From Nitrospirota bacterium (lineage in GTDB: Bacteria > Nitrospirota > JACRHJ01): a stretch of DNA of 64,000 nt. The notes beneath the pieces were generated by a model. That model saw nothing but the letters and a program-made list of their open reading frames with translations. It was not told the DNA's origin and made no database searches. Each line of letters begins with the position of its first letter. Position 1 is the first letter of the stretch. Below are positions 1-10,013 of this stretch, piece by piece. Position numbers and translations under genes: made by a program. The DNA is taken from assembly GCA_963733375.1 (NCBI GenBank), contig CAVTDB010000002.1:1-64000 (forward strand), in the 5' to 3' direction.

Positions 1-368
1 AGGTGGACGAAGACGTGAAACGGAAGGAAACGAGGACGATCACGCTGGATACCGAAGACCTTAATTACACGTCGTACCTGCACGGGTTAAAACAGCGGAT
101 AGAGGAAGGATGGGAGTACCCGGAGATCGCGCGCCGGGACGGCTTGCAGGGGGACCTCCTGATGAAGTTCACCATCCAGAAATCGGGAAAGGTAACGGAC
201 GTGGAGGTAGTGAAATCCTCCGGCTACCCAATGCTGGACGAGGCGGCAAAGAAGGCCCTGTTCGACGCCAGCCCGTTCAACCCCCTTCCCGACAACTGGA
301 AAATACATAATTTCACCATCACCGGCAATTTCATATACAGGCTCGTCGGCGGACTTTACCTGAGGTAA
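1..368 (+). CDS. TonB-family energy transducer, C-terminal part (5'-truncated by window edge)
   Basis: TonB C-terminal pattern W.YPE.AR..G.QG...FTI..SG.V..V.V.KSSG...LD.AA..A..ASPF.PLP. Confidence 0.85.
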   Translation, partial: VDEDVKRKETRTITLDTEDLNYTSYLHGLKQRIEEGWEYPEIARRDGLQGDLLMKFTIQKSGKVTDVEVVKSSGYPMLDEAAKKALFDASPFNPLPDNWKIHNFTITGNFIYRLVGGLYLR

Positions 369-372
369 AACG

Positions 373-2008
373 ATGCGGTTCAGCCTCGACAAAAGGCTCG
401 TCATCTGGTGGCTTCTCGCGGTCATTGCCGTCGTCTCGGCCCATTTCATTATGGACTATCTCGGGCTGGAGAGGCGGGAGAAAGGAATCGTCGAGGCAGT
501 CGTAACCGCGACCTTCTGCTCGTGCCGTTTTTCCTTATACGCCGGAAGGTGCTCCGGCCGCTCGACAAAATACGGGAGGCGGCATACAAGATAATATCCG
601 GCGACCTCTCCGCGCGGGCAAACGTAACCAAGCCCCGGGAGATCAGGGAACTAGCCGAAACCATCAACGCGATGGTAACTAAGCTCGACTATTCCTATCG
701 CCAGATCCTCGATGCGAACGCAAACCTTGAAAAGACGGTGCAGGACCGGACGCACAAACTGACTATCGAGCACGGGAAACTTTCCGCGATATTCAAAAGC
801 ATACCGGACGGGGTCATCTTCCTCTCCGTCTCCGGCGAGATAATGGAAGTGAACCCCATGATGAGCGTTATATGGGGAATCCCGGCGGAAGAGCTGAAGG
901 GGAAGACGGTAAGCGAGCTTCCGGAGGGCCCTGTCAAAGAGTCCCTGATCTTCCGGTGCAACGGCTCCCGCGGCGGCAAGAGGTGCTGGGAGACGTTCAA
1001 CTGCATCCAGAAGAACTGCCCCGCCTATATGTCAGACGACATGCGGTGCTGGCTTATCTCCGGGACGTTCTGCCATGCCGGCGTCCAGGTAAGCGTGAAG
1101 CGCAAGACTGGAAGATATATGCAGCAACTGCGAGGTCTATAAAGACGTCATAGAACGGTACGGGCAGGTGATCGAGACGGAGATAAGCGGCAGGCAGTTC
1201 AAAATAAGCAGTTCCCTGGTGCTGGACGAGAACAATAAAGTCATGGGCGAGATAAAGACGTTTTACGACGTGACCGGGGAGAAGCTCCTGGAAAAGCGCA
1301 AGTCGGATTTCATCTCCCTGATTACCCATGACTTGAAATCCCCCCTCACCAGCATCCTGGGCTATTCCGACCTGCTCATGGAAGAAGCGTCCGGGAAACT
1401 GGGGACTGAAGAAAAAGGATATTTAACCTCCATAAAATCCAACGGGGCGAGAATCCTGGACATGGTGGAGCAGTATCTGGACCTGACCAAGATCGAGGCG
1501 GGTATGATGAGGCTGGACCTGATTGAGACAGACCCGGCCCGGCTCCTGGAGGAGTGCGTCTCCGCGCTTAACGTCCAGGCGATGGAGAAGAATATTAAAA
1601 TCCGGTTGGACGCTCCGGATGGGTTGCCAGCTATCACGGTGGACAGGGAAAAAATGCTGCGGGTGATTACGAACCTGGTATCCAATTCCATCAAGTACAC
1701 CATGAGCGGCGGCACCGTGGAAGTCTCCGCAAGAAGCGCCGGGATGGAAAGCGCCGAGGCCGGCAAACCAGCCGCGGAAGCGGTGGAGATATCGGTGGCG
1801 GATAACGGATACGGCATGGAGCCGGAAGACCTGCCCCACATATTCGACCGGTACTACCGCATCGAAGTCCATCTCCGGCATACGCGGCACCGGCCTGGGC
1901 CTGGCGGTCGTGAAGTCCCTGGTGGACGCCCACGGGGGCGAGGTATCAGTCGAGAGCGAACTCGGCAAAGGGAGCAAATTTACGGTGAGGATTCCGGTGA
2001 AATCATGA
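373..2008 (+). CDS. Membrane sensor histidine kinase (2 TM, HAMP, PAS with Cys-rich two-CW-like insert, HisKA, HATPase); frameshifted in assembly
   Basis: Joined from ORFs 373-594, 408-1142, 1168-2244; H-box [26 protein letters not shown]; GTGLGL in shifted frame; stop TGA 2006-2008 overlaps next ATG. Confidence 0.85.
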
Positions 2009-3384
2009 TAATCGATACCCACGCGCATCTGGACATGGAGCAGTTTAAAGAAGACCTCCCGGAGGTGCTGGCCAGGGCAAAAGAGGCCGGCGTTAAATAT
2101 ATAATCACCATCGGCACGGATATAAAATCCAGCCGGGCCGCACGCTTGCTTGCCGAAAAATATGACAACGTATATTTTTCTCGCGGGCTTCCACCCGCAC
2201 GACGTGAAGTCGGTAACGGAGGAGGACTACGCGGAAATTTTTGAACTCCTGAAGGATCCGAAGGCTGTCGCCGTAGGCGAGATCGGCCTCGATTACCACT
2301 ACGACCTCTCGCCCAGGGATACGCAGGTGGAACACTTTAAAAGACAGCTTCAAATCGCAAGCGAAGTAAATAAGCCCGTAATAATCCATTCCCGCGAGGC
2401 CGAAACAGAAACGATGGACATCATCTCCTCGGTCGGGCCTGCCGGATGCGGGCGGCACCCTTCACTGCTTCTCCGGCGGCCCGGAAATGGCTAGGCGGGC
2501 CCTCGACCTGGGCATGTATATATCGGTCGGCGGCACCCTCACCTTTAATAATGCGGACGCCGCTTCGGGACGTGATAAAGACCGTGCCCATAGAGCGGAT
2601 CCTCCTTGAGACGGACTGCCCGTACCTCGCTCCCAAGCCGCTGCGCGGAAAGCGGAACGAGCCGTCGTATCTGAAGTATGTGGTAGATACGCTTGCCCGG
2701 TTGAAGGGCCTCTCGCCGGAAGACGTGATGCGGATAACGAGCCTGAACGCAACAAGGCTCTTCGGCATATGCGAGCCGCCCTCCGAGGGCCAGATCGCAT
2801 ATCCCATCCGCGATTCGCTGTACCTGAACATCACCAACCGATGCACGAACGCCTGCGTGTTCTGCGTAAGGAACACCACCGATTTCGTCAAAGGCCACAA
2901 CCTCCGCATCAAAAACGAACCGTCCGTGGAAGAGATACTCTCCGCGATGGAGGGGTTGGGGTTCGAGCGTTACCGGGAGGTGGTGTTCTGCGGGTATGGA
3001 GAGCCATTCCTGCGGCTGGATGCGATTAAGGAAGTGGCGAAGGCGGTAAAGGCGAAGGGGGTAAAGGTACGGATAAATACGAACGGCCATGCCCTGCTTA
3101 TCCACGGGGATAAGTTTCTGCCCGAAATCAAGGGACTGGTTGACGCAATCTCCGTCAGCCTGAACTTCCCCACGAGAGCGCAGTATGAAGAATATTGCAA
3201 GCCCGAGATTGACGGCGCGTATGAATCCCTGAAGGAGTTCGTAGTCCGGGCGAAGGCGTACGTCCCGGATATAACCGTGACGGCCCTGGCCATGCCGGGT
3301 GTGGATATAGAGGAATGCGAGAGGATTGCCGCGGACGAGCTGGGGGTAAAGTTAAGGGTCCGGGAATACGACGAAGTGGGATAA
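2005..3384 (+). CDS. tatD: TatD-family hydrolase fused to C-terminal TatD-associated radical SAM domain; frameshifted
   Basis: [34 protein letters not shown], then [15 protein letters not shown] (CxxxCxxC) and FCGYGEP. Confidence 0.85.
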
Positions 3385-3463
3385 AAATATGACACATCCT
3401 TACTTATTTATGCTATATTAATTACTTAATTTAAAGCTTAAAGCCTTTCCAGAAGAGGTAGAA

Positions 3464-4892
3464 GTGAAGGACAAAGACTCTAAGGAAAAGGACTCTATAG
3501 AGGACTTGAAAAGGGCTAACCGGGAACTCCTGGCTCTTTACGACATCAACCGCCTCCTCCAGACCCAGCTTCCAACCGAAGAAAAACTCTATATAATCCT
3601 GACTTCCCTTACCGCCGACGACGCCTTCGGCTATTCCCGCGCATACCTGCTGCTCATGAACGACCAGAAGAACACTCTTGAGGGCTGGCTTGGGGTGGGG
3701 CCGCTGAAAGGCGACGAGGCCAGGGAGATATGGGAGGGAGTAACGGCCCTGGAGGAGGAAGATACCGCTCCGGGACGGAAAAATATTTCCGAACTTTTAG
3801 AGCGCGCGCCGTTCGACATAAAGGTGCGCGCTTTTGTCGTGCCTGTTTCGAGGGGGCAGGGGCACCCGGTCCAGACGGTCATAAGCCGTCGTCCAAAGCT
3901 TTTAAAGGACATTAAAAGCGGGAAAGAGCCCCTGCACCCGGAATTTGAGAAAATCCTCTCCTCTAAGCAGGTGGCGTTCATCCCGATGCTGTCAAAAAAA
4001 CACGTCATGGGGGTAATAGCGGTGGAGTCGCCCGGCGGGGACCGCTCCATAGACGAAAAACGCCTCCGTACCCTTACCGTCTTCGGAAACCTGGCGGCGA
4101 TAGCCCTGGAGAACTCGAAGCTCTATCACGACCTCGAGGAGAAAGTCTCGACGCTAGAGAGGGTAAACCGGGAGCTTCAGGACGCCCAGGCAAAGATCAT
4201 GCAGCTCGACCGCCTGGCATCGATGGGCGCGATAGCCGCCGGAGTCGCCCACGAGATAAAAAATCCGCTGAACTCCCTGTTCATCAACATGCACCTCCTG
4301 AAGGAAGAAGTGCGGAAGACCCAGCCGGAGGTCCGGAAGCTGCTGGAGGTGGTGGAGATGGAGACGGAACGCCTGAGCAGTACGGTGATCGAGTTTCTGA
4401 ACTACTCCAAAGCTGCCGAAGCCGTGCCTCGTCCCGTCGCATCCGCACCGGGTGCTCGATTCCGTGCTCGAGATGATAGAATACCAGGGGATGAGCATGG
4501 GCGTCAGCATATCGAGGGAATACGACCACAAGGTGTGCGAGGTGCTCCTGGACGAGAAGAGGATGGAGCAGGCTTTTTTAAATATCATAATCAACGCCCT
4601 TCAGGCGATGCCGTCCGGAGGGGTCCTGACCGTAAAAACCGGGCTGAAGAAGGATTTAACCGGCTTTTATATCCAGTTCAAGGACACCGGGCAGGGCATA
4701 CCCGGCGACTGCATGGACAGGCTCTTTGACCCCTTCTTTACCACCAAGGAAGAAGGGACGGGCATGGGCCTTCCGATAGTGGAATCCATACTGCGCGCCC
4801 ACGGCGGGAAAATAGATATAGAGAGCGCGCCCGGGAAAGGCACTACCGTCACATTGAGGATGCCCCTGGCCATCGTTCCCGTCATTCAATGA
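3464..4892 (+). CDS. GAF-domain sensor histidine kinase (NtrB-like transmitter); one frameshift near 4440
   Basis: GAF-like N-terminus; AAGVAHEIKNPL; NIIINALQAM, DTGQGI, FDPFFTTK, GTGMGL. Confidence 0.88.
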
Positions 4893-4997
4893 CCGCCCCC
4901 TTTAGCCTCATCTCTTTTTTTTAATAAAACCTCCTTCCGCGCTTGACCCGCAACATCGCTCCTGTTAATATTTACGGACAAAGGAGACTAAAATAAA

Positions 4998-6221
4998 GTG
5001 CCTCATAACGTACTGACAATGATAATGGCCGGGGGAAAAGGAGAAAGGCTCTCTCCGCTGACGCTGCACCGCGCGAAGCCCGCCGTACCCTTCGGCGGCC
5101 AATACCGCATAATCGACTTCACGCTTTCCAACTGCATCAACTCAAAGCTCAGGAAGATCATCGTCCTCACCCAGTACAAGTCCCACTCGCTTGAGAGGCA
5201 CATTAGCCTGGGGTGGAATTTCCTGAACCCGGAGATGGGCGAGTACATAATGACGCTCCCGCCCCAGCAGAGGATAGACGAGCACTGGTACCAGGGGACC
5301 GCGGACGCCATATACCAGAACATCTATACCATTGAAAAGGAGCGCCCCGAGGAGCTGCTGGTCCTCTCCGGCGACCATGTCTATAAGATGGACTACACCA
5401 AGATGCTCGCGTACCACAGGCGCAGGAAAGCCGAGGCCACGGTAAGCGCGATAGAGGTGAATAAGGAAGAGGCCTCCGAGTTCGGAATAATCGAAGTGGA
5501 CAAGGACTACAATATCGTCGGGTTCGAAGAGAAGCCGAAGAAGAACCCGAAGACCATACCGGGCAAGAAGGACAAATGTTTCGCCTCGATGGGGATATAC
5601 ATATTCAACACGGAGACGATCACCCAGATGCTCCGGGAGGACGCGGAGCTGGCCACCTCGCACGACTTCGGCAAGGACATCATCCCCACGATGTTCAAAC
5701 GGCGCAAGGTCCTGGCGTATAACTTCATCGACGAAAACAAAAAGCGTTCAAAATACTGGCGCGACGTGGGGACGGTAGACGCGTACTGGGAGGCCAACAT
5801 GGACCTCGCCTCCATCATGCCGCTCTTCAACCTCTACGACCAGCGGTGGCCGCTCAGGACATACCAGAGGCAGTATCCGCCGGCGAAGTTCGTCTTCGCG
5901 CAGGAGTACAAGGGCGGAAGGCTTGGCGTCGCGCTCGACTCCATAGTATCTTCCGGCTGCATCATCTCCGGCGGCAGGGTGCAGGACTCCGTGCTCTCCC
6001 ACGCGGTCCGTGTAAACAGCTACTCCGAAATCCATGAGTCCATCATAATGGAGCGGGTCGAGATAGGCCGGCAATGCAAGATAAAGAAGGCGATAATAGA
6101 CAAGGACGTCAAGCTCCCGGCGGGGACGACCATCGGCTACGACCCGGTAGAGGACAGGCGGCGCTTCACCGTTTCCCCCGGCGGAGTGGTCGTGGTCGCC
6201 AAGGGGCAGAAGATAGAGTAA
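4998..6221 (+). CDS. glgC: Glucose-1-phosphate adenylyltransferase
   Basis: MAGGKGERLSPLT..RAKPAVPFGGQYRIIDFTLSNC; WYQGTADA; SGDHVYKMDY; FEEKP; YWRDVGT; SD AAGGAG upstream. Confidence 0.97.
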   Translation: MPHNVLTMIMAGGKGERLSPLTLHRAKPAVPFGGQYRIIDFTLSNCINSKLRKIIVLTQYKSHSLERHISLGWNFLNPEMGEYIMTLPPQQRIDEHWYQGTADAIYQNIYTIEKERPEELLVLSGDHVYKMDYTKMLAYHRRRKAEATVSAIEVNKEEASEFGIIEVDKDYNIVGFEEKPKKNPKTIPGKKDKCFASMGIYIFNTETITQMLREDAELATSHDFGKDIIPTMFKRRKVLAYNFIDENKKRSKYWRDVGTVDAYWEANMDLASIMPLFNLYDQRWPLRTYQRQYPPAKFVFAQEYKGGRLGVALDSIVSSGCIISGGRVQDSVLSHAVRVNSYSEIHESIIMERVEIGRQCKIKKAIIDKDVKLPAGTTIGYDPVEDRRRFTVSPGGVVVVAKGQKIE

Positions 6222-6240
6222 TCAATATAAAAGGAGCTTC

Positions 6241-6678
6241 ATGCAATATCGGTCCGGCAGCATTGGCAGGGTATTCATCCTGAAATACGAGGACGGGGAC
6301 AGCCTGTTAGACGGCGTCATAAAGGTAGCGAAAGACGAGAAAGTGACCGCGGGTTTCTTCTTCCTGCTCGGCGGAATGCGCGAGGCCTCGATGGTCTGCG
6401 GCCCGAAGGAACCCGTGCTCCCGCCGGAGCCGATGTGGCAGAGCTTCACCGACGGGCGCGAGGTAGCGGGTATCGGCTCCGTTTTTTTAAAGGACGGCGA
6501 ACCCGCCATACACCTGCACGGCGCGGTGGGCAAGGGCGGGACGACGCTGACCGGCTGCATACGCAAGGACGATAAAGTCTTCCTCGTGGTGGAGGCGATG
6601 CTGGTCGAGGTAACGGGCATAAAGGCCGGGAAGAAAGTCAACGAGAAGACAGGTATTGCGATGCTGGAGTTCGATTGA
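6241..6678 (+). CDS. PPC/DUF296-domain protein
   Basis: 145 aa; E..GIGSVF.......HLHGAVGK......GC pattern. Confidence 0.8.
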   Translation: MQYRSGSIGRVFILKYEDGDSLLDGVIKVAKDEKVTAGFFFLLGGMREASMVCGPKEPVLPPEPMWQSFTDGREVAGIGSVFLKDGEPAIHLHGAVGKGGTTLTGCIRKDDKVFLVVEAMLVEVTGIKAGKKVNEKTGIAMLEFD

Positions 6679-6709
6679 AAGAATGCAAAAGATGATTTAC
6701 TATAGCGGG

Positions 6710-7724
6710 CTAAAATTTATGCAGCACTCCATTTGATTGTTCTTCAAAAGCGGAAAAACATCCCAGCCTGAAGAAACTCCTTACCGCCTCTTCGAATTCC
6801 GCCGCCGTTTCGATATAATTAACCGTCCGCCTGAATTCCGCGGCGCCCTTGATGCCGTGGGAGTACCATGCGGCGTGCTTGCGCATCAGTTTCACGGCGG
6901 TCAACTCACGCGCCACGGATAGTTGCATCATCTGCATGCGCAGGTGTTTTACCAGCGCTTCGCCCCGTTCTTCCAGCGTCGGCTTATCCGCTATCGCCCC
7001 GTCCGTAAGCAGCGAGTTTATCTCCCTGAAAAGCCAGGGGTTGCCAAGCGCCCCGCGTCCCGCCATCACCAGGTCGCAGCCGGTTTCACGACAGCATCCG
7101 CGCCGCGTCTGCGGCCGAGTAAATATCTCCGTTTCCAATTACGGGGATCGAAACGGCCTGCTTCACTTTCGCTATTTCAGCCCAGTCGGCAAACCCAGAA
7201 AACCCCTGTCTTGCCGTCCTTGCGTGGACCGTAACGGCGGCCGCGCCCGAAGCCTCGGCGGCCTGGGCAAGCTCCACGCTCGCGTCCGCTTTGTCCCAGC
7301 CGGTACGCATCTTCACCGTCACCGGGACCTTCGACGCCTCGACCACCGCCCTTATCAGCCTCTCCGCGTGCGGGAGGTCCTTAAGGAGCGCCGAGCCGCT
7401 GCCGCCCCTTGCCACCTTCTTCACCGGGCAGCCCATGTTGATGTCTATGATGTCCGCAATACCGGAAAGCCTTCTCGCGCTCTCGCCCATGGACTCAGGG
7501 TTCCTGCCGAATATCTGGAACGCGACAGGCCGCTCCTCGGGGCAGGACTCAGTGAGTATCGCCGTGGCCTTCTGGTCCCGGATAAGCCCTTCCGCGCTTA
7601 TCATTTCCGTGAACACGAGCGCCGCGCCCATCTCCTTGCATATCATGCGGAACGGCAGGTCGGTTATCCCCGCGAGCGGCGCGAGGACTGCTTTGCCGTG
7701 TATGTCAACATTTCCGATTTTCAT
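6710..7724 (-). CDS. dusB: tRNA-dihydrouridine synthase; frameshift near 7100
   Basis: LAPLAGITDLPFR, DINMGCP, VTVKMRTGW, VHART, GNGDI, GRGALGNPW, RKHAAWY. Confidence 0.92.
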
Positions 7725-8852
7725 TTACTTCATCTTTTCCAGCGGCAGATTCGCCTGCGGGTTCAAGTCCAGCCCCGCCGTCGCTCCCATCTTGAATAAA
7801 TGATAGCCCGCCGCCGCGACCATTGCGGCATTATCCGTGCAGAGGTCCGGGCCGGGGACGACGAGCCGGAAATTATTTTCCCGCGCAGCAATCGTCAGCG
7901 CGCCTCTCAAGGCCGAATTAGACGCGACGCCGCCTGTCACCACCAGCGTCCCGGCATTTTTATTTTTTACCGCCTGCACCGATTTCTTTACCAATACATC
8001 TACCACCGCGTTCTGAAACTCCTTGCAGATCCGCGCGCGAAGCTCATCGGAGATTTCCGCCTCTTTTTGTCCGCGGACAAAATTCAGCACCGCCGTTTTC
8101 AGCCCGGAAAAGGAAAAATCCAACGACCCGGCTTCAAGGTATGCGCGGGGGAATTTTATAGGGGCGCATTCGACCGGCCCGCAAAAGACGCATGACCCTC
8201 CGCCGAAGGGCCGCGCTTGTGTCGCCTGTTTTGGCGGCGCGCCCGGCGCAGGCATACGCCCCGCGACCTTAGCCAATGATGTCGCCTCGCTCGCTATCTT
8301 ATCTATTACCGGCCCGCCGGGATATGACATGCCCAGAAGCTTGGCCACCTTGTCGTACGCCTCGCCTGCCGCGTCGTCTCTGGTCTGCCCCAGTTTTTCA
8401 TAGTCGCGGAATCCCCGGACATAATAGAGGTGCGTATGCCCGCCGGAAACCACCAGCATCACGAGCGGCAGCTTTATGTCATGCGCGCCCAAAAGGGCCG
8501 CGCCCAGGTGTCCCTCGATATGGTTCACGGCCACAAGCGGCAGCTTCGCCGAGTACGCCAGGGCCTTCGCCGCCGACACTCCGACCAGCAGCGCGCCGAT
8601 AAGGCCAGGCCCCATTGTCACCGCGACCGCGCTCATATCGGAGAGCTTTTTCCCGGAATTTAAAAGCGCCTCGTGCAGGACCGGCATGATGTTCTCTATG
8701 TGCGCGCGTGAGGCGATTTCCGGCACTATGCCGCCCCATTTCCTGTGCAGTTCTATCTGGGTCGAGACGACATTGGAAAGGATGACGGAGCCGTCCTCAA
8801 CGACCGCCGCCGCCGTCTCGTCGCAAGAAGTCTCAATGCCAAGGATATACAT
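7725..8852 (-). CDS. tsaD: tRNA N6-threonylcarbamoyltransferase TsaD with ~35-40 aa in-frame insertion
   Basis: ILGIETSCDETAAA, HIEGH, VSGGHT, DDAAGEAYDKVA, FSFSGLKT, CTDNAAM. Confidence 0.96.
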   Translation of the reverse strand: MYILGIETSCDETAAAVVEDGSVILSNVVSTQIELHRKWGGIVPEIASRAHIENIMPVLHEALLNSGKKLSDMSAVAVTMGPGLIGALLVGVSAAKALAYSAKLPLVAVNHIEGHLGAALLGAHDIKLPLVMLVVSGGHTHLYYVRGFRDYEKLGQTRDDAAGEAYDKVAKLLGMSYPGGPVIDKIASEATSLAKVAGRMPAPGAPPKQATQARPFGGGSCVFCGPVECAPIKFPRAYLEAGSLDFSFSGLKTAVLNFVRGQKEAEISDELRARICKEFQNAVVDVLVKKSVQAVKNKNAGTLVVTGGVASNSALRGALTIAARENNFRLVVPGPDLCTDNAAMVAAAGYHLFKMGATAGLDLNPQANLPLEKMK

Positions 8853-8869
8853 AAAATAAAATCCAATTC

Positions 8870-8968
8870 GTTACTTTCTTTTCACGGGAAAAGAAAGTAA
8901 CACAAAGAAAAGCGAAACTGTCCGGCTTTCTTTTGGGTACCTTTTCTTTCACCTGAAAGAAAAGGTAC
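8870..8968. repeat. Palindromic repeat family A, two copies in inverted arrangement
   Basis: GTTACTTTCTTTTC-acgg-GAAAAGAAAGTAAC (8870-8901) and GTACCTTTTCTTTC-acct-GAAAGAAAAGGTAC (8937-8968); related copies elsewhere. Confidence 0.85.
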
Positions 8969-8971
8969 GGT

Positions 8972-9832
8972 TTATTTCAGCGCCTCGGAAATTTTCGCCA
9001 CGCGCACGCCGCGAGCGGACAGCCCTGGAATTTCCTCTTTGAGTACCTTTAAGGTAGAGGGCCTCGGATGGCCGATCGCTATGGCGGTCCCGTACTTTTT
9101 CGCCAGTTTGACCAGCCGCTCAAGCTGCGCCTTTATCGCCGCCTCGTCCGGAGAGTCGTCCAGAAATACCCTCCTGGACGCGGAGGGGACGCCCTCTTCG
9201 GACGCCATCCGGCAGGCGACGCTCCCGGCGGTGGTGAGGCTGTCCACGAAAAACAGATTCCGCGACTTAAGGTCCGACATCAGGGCGTCCATCGCCGCCG
9301 GGTCCTCCGTGAGAAGTGAACCCATGTGGTTATTCACCCCCGCCGCCCCGGGCACGCTCGCCAGGTCCTTGTTTAGATTTTCCTTTATCTCTTCCGGCCC
9401 CATCCCGGACATCAGCGCCCCCGGCCCCAGGCCCTGAAGAGTCCCCTTAGGCTGCATCGGCAGGTGCAGGAGCACCTCTCTTCCCCGGGACTCCGCCCGG
9501 GTTGCCGTCTCAGCGGAGTGGCGGGTGAGCGGAAGCACCGCCACGGCGACCGGCCCGGGAAGCGCCAGGACTTCGTCCAGCGCCTTCATGTCATTGCCCA
9601 TGTCGTCTATGATTATCACTACCCGTACCTCTTTTTCCGGGGGGCGGCGTGCGGGCGTCGGACGGGTTTCGGTGTCGGCGCGTGCGGTTTGTGCAACCCG
9701 CGCTGACGCGGGCGGTTTTGGGACTGTTTTCCTTCGGGCCTTTCGCGGCTTTTTCCCGCAGGAGGAGACCATGAGGACAAGCATGAGAACCGCGGCGAAC
9801 AAGACGGCAAAAATAAAAAACTTCTTTAACAA
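8972..9832 (-). CDS. Divergent polysaccharide deacetylase family (YibQ-like) protein, probable lipoprotein
   Basis: IIIDDMG, LLHLPMQP, GVNNHMGS, FVDSLT, AIAIGHP; TTG start at 9832 after GGGAG; hydrophobic segment ending VSSC. Confidence 0.88.
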   Translation of the reverse strand: MLKKFFIFAVLFAAVLMLVLMVSSCGKKPRKARRKTVPKPPASARVAQTARADTETRPTPARRPPEKEVRVVIIIDDMGNDMKALDEVLALPGPVAVAVLPLTRHSAETATRAESRGREVLLHLPMQPKGTLQGLGPGALMSGMGPEEIKENLNKDLASVPGAAGVNNHMGSLLTEDPAAMDALMSDLKSRNLFFVDSLTTAGSVACRMASEEGVPSASRRVFLDDSPDEAAIKAQLERLVKLAKKYGTAIAIGHPRPSTLKVLKEEIPGLSARGVRVAKISEALK

Positions 9833-9898
9833 AAAAAGACTCCCTTGGTTAAGAGAAGTTATTTTATGCCGGAGCGGGATTTTAGTCAAGTTTTCTAA

Positions 9899-9977
9899 AA
9901 TCTCCCATGCTGGAATCTCAAAATCTCCCAGAATCTCCCAGAATCTCATTGACACGGGCGCGCTTTTACAAGATAAT
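9899..9977 (+). promoter_or_regulatory. Sigma70 promoter preceded by five AATCTC direct repeats
   Basis: TTGACA 9949-9954, 17 nt, GATAAT 9972-9977; AATCTC at 9899, 9914, 9922, 9932, 9942. Confidence 0.65.
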
Positions 9978-10013
9978 CACTTATACGAATTTTATTTTGC
10001 AGGACCCCCTCCC

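Noticed and set aside
1168-2244. Apparent histidine kinase-TatD fusion in the ORF track
   Set aside because: Caused by a frameshift near 1860; the kinase ends at TGA 2008 in another frame and TatD starts at ATG 2005.
8870-8968. CRISPR array suggested by recurring ~30-bp palindromes
   Set aside because: Copies are dispersed or inverted pairs, not regularly spaced direct repeats with unique spacers; no cas genes seen.
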